DNA of 64,000 nt from Tubulanus polymorphus (taxonomy: Eukaryota; Animalia; Nemertea): contig NC_134025.1 of NCBI RefSeq assembly GCF_964204645.1, positions 18,079,101-18,143,100 on the forward strand, given 5' to 3'. The notes beneath the pieces are model-generated. The model was not told where the DNA came from and did no database searches. It saw only the letters and a program-made list of their open reading frames with translations. Position numbers and translations under genes: made by a program. Below, one piece after another: positions 49,228 through 62,100 of the stretch; position 1 is the stretch's first letter, and the number at the start of each line of letters is the position of its first letter.

Positions 49228-50462
49228 AAATGAAGAAATCCCACACTTCGAATTTAAAATTATACGATCAAATTTATTATAATGAAGCCACAACGTTTCG
49301 GCTGTTGACTAACAGCCATCATCAGGTGGAATGACCAGAAAAACAATAACAAAGTATATAAACTCACGGGATCTAAAATAGAAGCAGTGTGTCAAAACTA
49401 AAGATAAACACACCGAGCAATAAAACATCAAGGGGTACCGTAGAAACCACAGCAATTCTAAACAGTTCAGAGTAAAAACAAATTATGTAACTAAGTGAAG
49501 TGGACTGAAGAGGGTGGCGATAACAGAGTGACACATAGTGACATTAACCCAAATCTAATAAAGAGTGGATGTGTCTGGATAATAATTGGTGGAGAAAAAC
49601 CAGTATCGAAATTAGTAGATAAATTGGATTTCGAAAGTTTACATATTAGGGCTGATTCCACTATGTGTCTCTTATGAATATCTTTACAAGGGTAAAATAA
49701 GTTTCGAATTCTGAAAGTCAAATTGGTGATTGGTTGTAAAGACATGATTTGCTATTCCACTCTCAGGCTTTTGGTTGCGGATATCTATTTTGTGTTCTTT
49801 ATAAATACGCTGACTAAGATAACGTCCCGTTTCGCCGATGTACACCATATTACAGTCTTTAAATGGTATCTTATAGACCCCGGACTCAATTAGCTCACTG
49901 TTGGGTTTATTTTTGGTTAAAACATTAGTGAGTTTGTTATTATACTGTCATACTAATCTAGTGTCGATGGTGCTTAATGTGGATTTAAAGCGTTCCAAAG
50001 TAGGTAAATACGGGATTATAATATTCTTTTTAGCTCTGCGTTTTGTGGTCAGGTCATTACGTCCAAAGTGAGAAGATCGGGCTTTGAAATAAGCTTTGTT
50101 CAAAATTTTGTCTGGATAGGCTAGTTTCTTGAGAGCAGTTCTTACATGTTTGATTTCTTTATCTAAAAACATTTGATCACAAATACGTAGAGCTCGAAGA
50201 AATAATCCTTGGGCTATTCCTATTTTGATGTTCATAGGAGTAAATGAGAAAAAATGAAGATAAGCCTCAGCATTAGTCGGTTTTCTATATACAGAGAATT
50301 TCAAATTTGTTTTGAAATTATGAATGAGTACATCGAGAAACGGGATGCAGTTATTTTCTTCCCACTCAAAAGTGAAATTCAAAGTAGGATATAAAGAGTT
50401 CAAATAATATAAGAACCCATTCACATTAAAATCGGGGGAAACTAAACAAAGCATATCATCAT
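49228..50462 (-). mobile_element. 5'-truncated Penelope-like retroelement (RT C-terminus, GIY-YIG endonuclease, pLTR)
   Basis: LNSLYPTLNFTFEWEENNCIPFLDV..VYRKPT..YLHF (49948-50454); SGVYKIP..VYIGETGR..RIKEHK (~49790-49885); IVESALI. Confidence 0.92.
49287..49330 (-). ncRNA. Minimal type I hammerhead ribozyme
   Basis: Minus strand reads CCAC-CTGATGA-TGGCTGTTAGTCAACAGCC-GAAAC-GTT-GTGG, with stems I and II both pairing. Confidence 0.82.
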
Positions 50463-50487
50463 CAATGGCGTTCTAAGTATTAAGTGA

Positions 50488-52132
50488 GTACGATAAGCCT
50501 ACCATGCCTACGGCTACGTACTACAAACACAACTTTTTCGCTCTCGTCGGCCCTACACTGATGTAACTATAACTGGTACTGTTATCACATGGATAGGATT
50601 TGATTAGAACTAGCCCAAAGTCTAATTCAGTCTATGCACTATTCATTCCATATCATTAAAACAATACACTGGAGTACACAGGCAGAAAGGCTAATTGATT
50701 TGACCCATGTGATTAGATTTAACTAGGCCTTCTCTGACCTGCTGACATTAATAGTCAAACATAGGTCCAAAGCGTTCATGTGGTCACGGCTTGTATACCA
50801 GAATCATTGTAGGCCTGAACATTTAGCTGTACATAGGTTTGGTATACCGATTTCTCCAATCTTGACTGATAAGTGTACGGTACAGCTTTTCGCATTATAC
50901 AATTGAACCAATAGGAATAGGGCCTATTGATTGGACTTAACATTTCCTGCTTTAGAATACTGAAATAAGCCTAACGTTCATTCAAATATCCAAAAATCGG
51001 CGAAAGTTTAATTACTGTGTACATGTATTGTAGGTTTTCATGTTGTGTGAATATTTTGCAGTTCACGTGAGTATGATGCTGATTCCAATGTCAAACGCAT
51101 GAAGTTAGATGGTCAAGGACAGTCAACACCAAGATATCACTCTTCGACCGATGTTGCACCATAGAAGATCCGATTCTTTCAACTCAATCAAAGTGATTCA
51201 ACACGATCGACATAACACTGGAATAGGTTTGCTGTGACTAACAGTTCATTTCATTTAGTCCTATGTACTTTTAGCCAATTTGGATTTGATTGTTATTGAA
51301 ACTCTGGAACTGTTAACGAGAGAGAAGTAAGACAAGTGGAAAAACACAAGTCATTCTTGATTCTCATATTCAAATCGAATTCAAATCCAAATTTATTTTA
51401 TTACATCATATTTTCAAAGCATATCATTGGTTCATGCGGTAATAAAAATTAGGACAGAACAAATATTATAATAGAATTTTCAAAAAGGTATAGAATTTCT
51501 ATAACTAAATGAACATTATTTTTCTAATAACTAAGATCAAGAGTGACTCTCCCGTTTATTAGGAAACACACGCAACTATTGGAATAGGTTTGATATTAAC
51601 ACACATGTTGCGGGTATAAATTGTTTATCAGTATAGAATTTGTAAAATATAAAAGCCGAAATCAACATCGGTCGAGACCCAGACCAAATCAATTCATAAT
51701 ATATTGATTGGATCTACACTACAATACATGTATTTATTCAAATATTTCAATAAAAAGATTGACTTCTTAAATCTATTTCAAATCATAATACGTTCTTATC
51801 TGTAGATTTACTCAATCTATTGACTCAGTAGGTGCTTAAGACGAGTTCTTAATAGGACAGATCCAGTTTTAGCGTGGTGATAATACAGGGTCGTGATGTT
51901 TGAATGCCAAAATAAATGCCTGGTCGAATAAATTCATATTTGTTGATTGTATGTCCACGTATGTTCGGATTCACAGCTGTATCACATTTGACGTTTACAC
52001 AGTGGTTGCAAATTAGGTTCGAATCTGTTAATGCATTATATTCTATGTATCAGTATTTCAATTTACTAAATTCCCATCATCCTAGTGAATGGCTTTGCAG
52101 AAAACCCGTCATCGCTGCTTTGCAGCTATATT
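50488..52132 (+). mobile_element. Family I HINE body and 3' tail, paralogous to 38006-39629
   Basis: Collinear similarity over 1.6 kb. Tail GCAGAAAACCCGTCATCGCTGCTTTGCAGCTATATTT. Confidence 0.8.
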
Positions 52133-52952
52133 TATACTTAGAAATTCTAACATTTTGACTAACTTTAAATTTAGGTTCACCAAAATCCTCTATAAAAATA
52201 AATTATTCCAAACAATTTCAGCATTTTCAGGTTTTCTAGCATCAATAGGTTTCATTCCAATAGAAGAATGACAAGAATTGTTATAACCTTCTATCAATTT
52301 TGGTAAAATATCAATCCACTTATAAGTATTATTTGCTGTAAAATATTTTGACACTCTTGTTCTTAATGTTCTTTAGATTGTTCAACAACTGCTGCTTTTT
52401 TAACCGATTTTGTTGAAAAATATTTAATATTATGAAAATCTAAGAGACTATGAACAAATGAGTTATCAAATTCTTTTCCATCATCAAATTGTATTTTTTT
52501 CTGGTTTTAGTCTTCCACCCAAAAGAAACTTTCTTAAAATTAACGATGTTTGTACAGCGTCTTTTCTGTAAAGTGGGAAGCTCCATACATAACGACTAAA
52601 AATATCAATTATATTTAATATCCACCAATAATCATTATTATCTTTTTTAAGATTTTTCATATCAATCAAATCTCCCTGCCACTGTTGATCTTCATAACTT
52701 ACCATATTTTTACGAGTCTCTAGTTTATTTTCTAACAATTTTTTTGTGTGTTGTATATGTTGGTTGTTCTAACATAAAATCAATTATATCTTTTTATTTT
52801 ATTAAATTTTGTTGGATTATCTTATTTAATTTATCCTGTTTTACTTGGTACCATATATTTTTTGCAGAAGAATAAGCAACCGAACTCTCAGGGTTATAAT
52901 ATAAATTTCTTTAATATTGTTCTTTAGTATTCGGAGTTTTTTTATCCCCCAT
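52133..52952 (-). pseudogene. Polinton-type integrase, copy D (frameshifted, 3' end cut)
   Basis: YYNPESSVAYSS N-terminus; WQGDLIDM; IIDIFSRYVW; DDGKEF; KAAVVE. Confidence 0.85.
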
Positions 52953-52966
52953 TTATATATCGTTAA

Positions 52967-55900
52967 TTAGGGTTTTCTGACTTCGAAAACCCTTTTGTAA
53001 TTCTGTTGATTATTATTATTAATTATACATATTTTTTTTTATATATTTACACTAACGATAAAAACAGCATCCTGTCCTGTGGCATGGTGGATAAGGTGTT
53101 TGACTCCCAACTGAGAGGTCGAGGGTTCGAATCCTATTGAAACCATGCGTTATCACAGTATAGCGCCGGCGCAACAATTGTTTTATTAATGAAACAACAT
53201 GGTGGATGGTTGAAATCATTTTCGGCTTAAATTTATCGCGAGTTTTAGGACTTTAATGAATTTCACGAAACCATGATTTCTAAAATGAGTCAATTGATTA
53301 ATTCTATTCGTAAATCAATTTACGTTGGCTACATTTCCTGAAGATTTCGGGGTCAAATCAACGTGATATGGACAGAAATTGTAGGAATTTCCACACGGAA
53401 TTTTACTTCCGCGTTCAGTTGACGACACGTATCGATGACAACGACAGCAGAGTTTATGTATTCATAGAACTATAACGGATATTCCGTTATAGTTCTATGA
53501 TGTATTTTAAGGTGAGAATCCGTTAACCAGGGAATGTATTAAATGATTTCTTTAATAATATGAGTATGGTAGCAAATGAGTAGGCCTACTCGGTGAAGCA
53601 ATGATCATTGTTGGCTACTTACTTAATGCCTAGCTTTTTTGGGGTATGCGCCTAGAATAGATTTAGGCCCTAAATATAATGGGTAGTGCCAGTCAGTGGA
53701 ATGCCTTAATAGCAGCTAGTTATGACCTGGTTTACACTGAATGTGCATGACAATTTATTTTGATTACTTTCTTTCCAGCTATTATTCGTGGAATGAACTG
53801 GGCACTACGGTCTTCAATTCCTTTGCGGATTCTTGCAGGAATATTAAACCACAGTGCGCAAATGTATGTTTAAAATTAGGCTTTTTCGACATTGACAGCC
53901 AAAGACGTAAGTTAACAGGCTAATTTAAGCGCAACTGTCTCAGATGCTGTAAGTACTTGACGTTTTGCGTAATTTTTTTTTGTAATGCAATATTTGGATT
54001 AGTAATCAGTCGTGCTAACGTACATGCAGAATTGGATTCATTGTAATTATGGGATGATAATTCATGGGCGTCACGAGTCCTGCGACATACCCTTGATATG
54101 AAGCTTTTTTAATGTTAATCATTGACTTGTTTTGGAGTAAACTGAATAGCCCTTGAAATACCAATGCCACGTGGCTTGGTGTCTATGCTCTACGAGACTG
54201 TAGTAATAGATTTTCACAACAAACTCATGATTTCAAATAGTCTCCTAAGATATCTATATATTATTTCGCTCCTTACCTAAGTAATTCTTACATTTGATTG
54301 CTTAATTACCGATGGAAAGAGGTCAGTTGGCATGAAAATCGACTGTGGCTGACTAATTGGCACGAGTAACCAAAATGCTTCAATCATCAGGGGTAGACAA
54401 ATTAGCCGAAGATGAATGAAAACTTCACCTTGATGATCATCAGTTGATTTTGCTATAATTATTTGCCTGGATATATCCTTCATTTCAAAATCTGTCTTCA
54501 GTAGAATTTCTTTCAATAAAATATTTTGAAGATTGAATTTGAATTGATCTTAAAACCAGAGAAAGCATTCAGAAATTTAGAAAATCCTTGACTCATAATC
54601 AAATTCTGTGAAGTCAGTTAAGGTCTTTTTGGTCGAATCAAGCCGAGGGCTCAGGTGACTAAAACTCAATTCCTCACTGTCTTATAATGCCGAGTACGAC
54701 GGAGTTTACACACTGAAACACGTTGGGCTGTGTAAGTGTAATTTGGATAAGTCCACAATATAATGACCGCCCTGCCCCGCTGCATCTGAGACGTCAACAA
54801 GTTAGACTGTATTGCTTCGATGACAAACTGACTCCTACGCAAGATGACCATCCAATTCAAATGTAAATTAAGAAAGAAAACAACAAAACTAGTTGCGTTG
54901 ATCAACAAAAATAAATCAATAGTTTATTACAATACTTCAATTTCAAAATAAGGATAGGAGAAAATTGAACAATAAGTGTGTTTGCCATGCGTCTTTAAAT
55001 ATTTCCCAAGAATATGTCTTTGTCTGGCCACCACCTGCCTCGACGTCAGACTTTTTCGAGATTTTCGCTAAAAATACGAAACAAGACAAAATTGATGGAT
55101 GGGAATCATACATGCTACATTCACTTTTACTGCGAACATTGGAATGAGCTAAAGCAATTTTCTAGGAGGAAAAATTTAGTCAAATGATGTTTCAAAATCT
55201 GGACGGGAACAGTTTTACTGAATTGTATGGCTAATGGCAAATACATGTTTATATTGATAAGGTAAATATCTGTATAAAAGGTTGTATAGCAACTTGAATT
55301 GAAGGATTAATGCAATAGGTCTCTCATTCTAAAAGACGATTGAGCCATACTTACTGGATTGGTCATGTGAATCAACATCAAATTTAGAACTATCATCCAT
55401 TTTTAGTTTTCAATCAAAGACCAACCTATGAAATAAAGTAGATATTTTTCTGATAACAACCTGGAATAAATTAAAATAAATCTGAGGAATTCACCAAATT
55501 TCTGTATCGAACCCCTAATAGGGCCTATATAACCTATAGATTGATACTTACATACGACAAATTGACGAAGAAACTTCATTTGACAGTATACAAACTCGCG
55601 GACAAACTCCCAAAATGAATCATGTCCTATTCACCTAGAATCAAACAAAATACAACTAAAAAATTCACAATAGAGATTTCGGTTTCGAATCCTTCAAATA
55701 GCTGTTTACTTACATGAAACGAATTATCAAACTACTTCTGCCGACAGCATACCAACTCGCTGACAAACCCCCAAAATGAAACGTGTCATGATAAACATCT
55801 GGAATTAAACGTAATAAAGCTACAAAATTTACAAAATGTCAGTTTCGAATCCCTCAAATAGCCTTACACTTACAAATGATGGATTATCAAACAACTATGA

Positions 55901-57842
55901 ACTCCCAAAACGCCACATGTCTTTGATAATCTACAGTGAAAACCTGGAATTAAATGAAATAAATCTTAAAATTCCGGTTTGAACCCAACGTAGGCCCTCT
56001 CTCTACTTGTAGGCCTAAGATCTTGAAATAGGATAAATAATGTTATGATGAAAGAGGCATAATGGTTCGGAAGAAATTGAATTCAATATGGCTCTTGGCC
56101 CGGCAAAGTTTGCTTTTGAAATATCCTTTTGATTAGGCCTAGTTACACATTTTAAAAGCAAATTTCATTTTGCATCAAACTAAAAGCGGCTTTGTTGAGG
56201 AAAAGATTCGTTTGAGTCGTAAAATTTATAGCCTAGAACCAATTTCTTCGTCAAAGCGTGATGCACAATTTTGACTGGGTCTTATTTCCACGTGGTAGTG
56301 GATAGAAAATTTGAATAGGCCTAAATAATAGAATAATCTTTCTTAGGTTTCATGATAAAGATGCAGCATTAACATGGATTAATGCTTATCTTTTACAATT
56401 AGGCTTATGTTTCAAAGGAAAACGCCCACAGTTGGTCGAACAGGGGTTAGGCATTGATGGTAGGCCTAGAGGGGCTGTGTGTGTGAAACAGAGAGATAAA
56501 AATGCACGGGAACGAGTTTGTCGAGTGGAGCTTATTATTCCATCAGGGATAGTGTACTATATATAGTCATTTTATATATCAAAATGTTCCTTATTAGTTC
56601 CGCTGCATCGCTAAAAACAAATTGAGATAGGTTTCCCTGCATTTTTTTACATATTACATCACTTACAACGATAAACGTCCGTCGCCGACTGAAAAATTCA
56701 CAAAAACTTCCGCATTGAGAGCGCCACCGCACCAACTCAAATTGGATCGGAAACCAACCCTCCAGCGATGCACTCTATGATCTTTAGAACCTGTCTTTGC
56801 TGACTGGGAATAAGATATTTCTCAGCGCGAAGGGGGTGGGGCGCAGCGTCACCAGGTCCCGCTCCGCGAGGAAGCTAGATTTTCAAAGAAATGAGTGCAC
56901 GCGACGGCCGTGACCACTTGTTAGTGACGTCATCAAGAATGATGGCTCCGAGGATCGCCACATCACAGGTTACTGTGAATAAATGGGATTCGACCATTCA
57001 AAAGTTCAAAATGTACTTTCTTGTTTTGTAAAACAAGTTTATTCATGTCGTTATATAAAGCATTTTGTTTGAAACATTCTTTAATAATGTTTGTTGAGTT
57101 TAAAGCCAATTGTCGTTGTGTAATTCGATACTGGTCACTGAAATCAAAGTTTTAGTTTCTGTTCACATGTTTCGACTTATAAATATCCAACTTGTATGTT
57201 CTATCTTTTAATACAGGCCATGTGATTAATTGCGTATCATTAGTTTAAAAAGAGAAAAACTACATGTTTTCTGTCACACGTTGATTTTTACCCATCACTT
57301 ATAAAATTCAAATGTACGTGATGTATTCTGTAAGCTATGTAAGCTTGTTCTTAAAAATACACTATGAATTTTCAATTTGTACTGACCATAATAGTTTTCG
57401 TAAATAAAATTTATATTTCAATTAAATAATTTCAAAATCTTTTCTATGCCCTCTGCAACAGACAGTTACTAAGGACTATTACATATTCAGATGTACGTTG
57501 ATAATTGATTTCAATCCTCCTTCAAATAAGTATATGAACATTATTTCGGAAGATGCAGGTGGCGCACAATCATAATACATACAACTCATCAAGCTGACGA
57601 GTCGTTTCCGTAACCAATGTAACAGACGGGTAACCAATCTACTCGACTCCGCAGACAACTAAACGACCCGAGTAACCCCCAATTTGACTATAACTATAAA
57701 TTATGTTATGTTAAACCGCATTGGTGTGACTTGACACGTCAAATGCGTATCCCGTATTGATATATTTCTATTATCCACTTTTCAAACTATGAATAGCACG
57801 CCTGCTCAGAAAACCCGTTATCGCTGCTTTGCAGCTATATTA
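52967..57842 (+). mobile_element. Complete 4.9-kb family I HINE
   Basis: Head AGGGTTTTCTGACTTCGAAAACCC..(ATT)n and tail CAGAAAACCCGTTATCGCTGCTTTGCAGCTATATTT. Paralogous to 20841-21700 plus 30946-33572, which lacks ~55190-56640. Confidence 0.85.
53074..53145 (+). mobile_element. tRNA-derived SINE head inside a HINE (copy of 21149-21220)
   Basis: Same A and B boxes. Confidence 0.6.
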
Positions 57843-57856
57843 TTAACTTTATATTC

Positions 57857-59100
57857 TTAATATTGAATACTATCTAATTGAGAATTTATAATATTCAATT
57901 GCGCGTCAGATATGAAATAAATATGCATTTTATAATTTAAACCTTTTTCATGAATAATTGTATACCATCTTTTGTATTTTGTAATTTCTTCCCAGAACCA
58001 TGTAATAAATTATCCTCTGTTGTTCTAAAATCTAACCATCATGCAAATTTATTACCGGTATAATAATCAATTTGATTAATATTGCAATCTGCAGATGATT
58101 TTATTTTCTCATTCATAAAATCTTTTTTTTAATTTCTATCCATTGATCTATCATTCTCATTCCCTGATATAAAATATTTTATTTGCTAAACCTTCAATTG
58201 TTATTTCCACTTTTGATATTTCAGGATTATAATAATTATCAACTTTTTTGCACCATAAGAAAATGTTGCAATGGTAAAAAAGTATTAATATACCTTTGAT
58301 AGATCTTCTTGGGAAGTTAATATTATCAGTAATTATTACATCATTTGCATTAATAGTTACAGTTTTAAATTTATCAATATAATCATATAATAATGAAAAT
58401 CCTTGATTGTATTGAGTTTGAATTGTGCTCGCAATATTTTCATCAGTTAATGTGTCTTATTCTAAACATATATTCGATAATTTATAACCCATATCTTTTA
58501 CAACGCTGGATGATACAATTTCATTAACAGGGGCAAATGTTATTTCGAATATAATATCTTCTTGTATAGCATATTTATATAAAGGTGCATTATTATTTAT
58601 CATTTCGAAGTCTAATGGAATTTTATGTTTGCTTCCATAAATCTTTTTTATTAAATTATCTGCAGCATTACTTACTATTGCGTCATTAGCCTCAGATCTT
58701 TATTAATTTTGGTTTTTTTGATTGGATGCCTTAAAATATGATATTATTTCTATTTTCTTTTGTTAACCATAAATCATTATAATGCATAAATACATTATAA
58801 TCATCTAATGAAAAAGCTGTTTCTGGTCCACTCTTTACAACTTATTTTTTAATTAAATATCTTCCAACATTATCTACGACATAATTATTATCATGACCAG
58901 TTACTTTTATATCAGCTGATACATGAATACTATGTGGAACATAAAAAGTATTTTGTGGTAATCGAGGAATTCTAACATATAAAGTTTCATCAGGATTAGT
59001 AAGTATTAGATGGATTATGAGTAATTATATGATAAGATCTTTCTGCTTTAATTGCATTAGATATTCTAGAATTCTTAGAAGGATTTATATAACTCCCACT
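57857..59100 (-). pseudogene. Putative major capsid protein, copy D (heavily frameshifted)
   Basis: Collinear nucleotide similarity to 3960-5203. Confidence 0.75.
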
Positions 59101-59123
59101 AATTTATTAAGAAATAAAATTAC

Positions 59124-62100
59124 TTATTCATTTTTTTTAATCATATTCACTAATCCAAAAATAATTGCACTTACAACTGTAATTAAAAATAAAATTATAT
59201 GTTCAGCGGCAAAACTAATAATATTTCCAGCAGATTTTAAAACTAAACTAACAATTGATGCAATAATTGCGGGCAAAGCTGCAGCAGAATTTTTAGATAA
59301 TTCCCTAGATATTTTGCTAATTTTCCAAACCATCTTTAACTTTATCTTGTATAGAATTATGACTTGGAGGTTTATCTGGTGGTTTAGGAGTAGGCGTAGA
59401 TTTTAATGAATTTGATATAGCTAAACCAATTGTTGTAAAAACCATAGTTACAGCTGTTAGAATTGAAAGAATTGTGAAACCTTCTAGTTTAATTAATAAT
59501 TTATTCTATCTTTTAATGATAATTCAGAATCTGGTTTTATCAACGAATTTAAAAATAACTTTTAATCTATTGATATTATAAGCATATTTTTTTATAAATG
59601 TATTTTTTTCTTTTTCCTGTACTTCTAAATTATCTTTTACATTATCAATTTCTTTTTCTAAATATGCATTTCTTTTTTTAAATTCATTTTCTTCAATAAC
59701 TTTATTATCTCTATCTAACGTTAATTGTTCCAATTCTTCATTTGCTTTAGATAATTCATCTTCTAAAGTTTTTATTTTTTGATCTCTAATCATTCTATCG
59801 TGTGAAATTTTATCAGATGCATGTCTTACGCCTTTAATTTCTCTAATTGCTTCATCAGAAAATATATTTAAATCTCCTAATTCTTGATCTGTTGCATCAA
59901 GTAACCCATTTTGTAAAAGTTTTCAGTTTGAACTTCGGTTGATGTAAGTTTACTAGTTTTGGAATTAATAATTTCTTTAGGAATTGTTTCTGGTTCTAGA
60001 TTTTCATTAATTATCTTCAAAAAATCAACATTTCTTTGGTTAAATTCTCTTTTATTTAGAATTATCTCTTGTTCTGTAACATCAGTTATAACATCATTAT
60101 TGATTTTCTTAATTCTAGATATTTCTAATTTAATTAAAGTTGGTTTTGTTATTATTTTATCAAGACTTTTATTAGAAGATATCTAAAAATAATAGTCATC
60201 TTTCAAATGCAAATAATAATCACCATTTAAATATTTCAAATCTTTTACTAAATAATTCATACCTATATTAGTTATATTGAATCCAGATTTTTTAAATATT
60301 GGTTTAAATTTTTCAGTTAATTCATCATGTTCTAATTCTTTTTTTACTAAATCTGGATTTTGATTTTCAATATCCTATCTTGAACGTGCTTTATTATGTT
60401 ATTGATTAGTATCAGGTCTTGCTAAATTAGAATTATATGCTGTTTCATTATCGTTACTAAAACTTGTTTCATTAAAATCAAGCTGTGGTTGTTCGATTAT
60501 ACCAGGTCCATCGTAAGTACCCATATCATAATCTTCTACACCTTCCATTTATATAATAAAAAAAATTTTAAAATTTTAAAAAAATTCAGAATATAATATT
60601 CCTCCTATTACAATTCCTATACAAGTTATAGCTAATTTAGTATTTTCATGTGATTTATTATCATTATTAGTTTCAATTATATCATGTTGAATATTATCAG
60701 TTTTTATATTATCTGATGTATTGTAATCTTTTATTTTAGAATCATTATTTAATTTAATATTTTTAGTTTCAGTTACAGTTGACTGTATATTTTATTGAAT
60801 TTTTTCACCTTCCATTAGTTTTGGAGCAGCGATAATTTCTTTATTTATATCATTTAATCAAAATGAATTATTTATTGTTGCAGTTTTAATTAAATTATCA
60901 TAACCAATTATATTTCCCACTTTTTATATTAAATCATCAAAATAATTAATAAATAAGGACCTATACAATAATTTTATCTAATATGTGATTTATCTAAATA
61001 ATTTTGATATCTGACTATATTTTCTGAAATCGATCTATTCCTATCATTATGAATAGAATCTTCAAATAAAACTTAAAATTGTTTCTGTGCGTCAAATGAA
61101 GTATATTCCCAACTATTGGTGATCTTGTTTCAACTTGTGCTCCTAATTTACAAATCAAATATATTCTTATATATTGATTTATTCTTAGTATTCCAGGAGT
61201 GGAAAAACCTTCACTATTTTCTAAAATAAAATTAATCCAACCATTATTATTATCAATTTTATAATTATGATAAGCTCCAACTATATATAATCAATTGTTT
61301 TTATTTCAAACTGTTCACCCACACCATGCAATTTACCATGCGCTCTAAAATCGGAATTATAATTTATATTAAATTCATTACATACTTAGTAAAACTTAGA
61401 TAGATTAATATTATTATCCAATTCTTTTAAATATTTCGACCCAGGTAAAGGACTAATGTTAAATCAGAATAATTCAAATTTGTATCTAAGTTATTAAGGT
61501 GATTGTTCCAACTTGTTGTTGCACAATAAACAGCAATATTTAATTGATTCTGCCAATATTTCATATTAGATTTTATTTTATATATATTATATTCATCTCG
61601 AGTAAAAGTAACTTCATATGTATTAAATATATTTTCCATTCTAGAAATAAAAAACTTTGTTTCAGTAACATAAATTTCTAAATTAATTAATAAATTTAAA
61701 ACTAAATTTTTGTATGAAATATTTTTATTAAAATCTATTGCTGGAATTTTATATCTAATTGATTTATTATATTGGAAAGCTTTTGGAAACCCCATTTATA
61801 TAATAAAAAAATTAATAATTTATCTTGTTCTTCAAATGTTATATTACCATTTAAACTAATGATATAAGATAGTATATTTTTGAAATTTATTAATTTCTTT
61901 TATATTAGATTTTATTTTTTCTTTGTTACTTTTTATATTTAACTTGGAGTTTATACCAGTTAAAACACTTGATGATAATCCTAGCACACCAATTGATATA
62001 GCTAAAGGTGTTAATGGACTGAATATAGCTAAAAATGTTATCACCGAACTAATTGTAACTGAACCACTAATAATAAAATAATATATAATTTTACTTTTTA

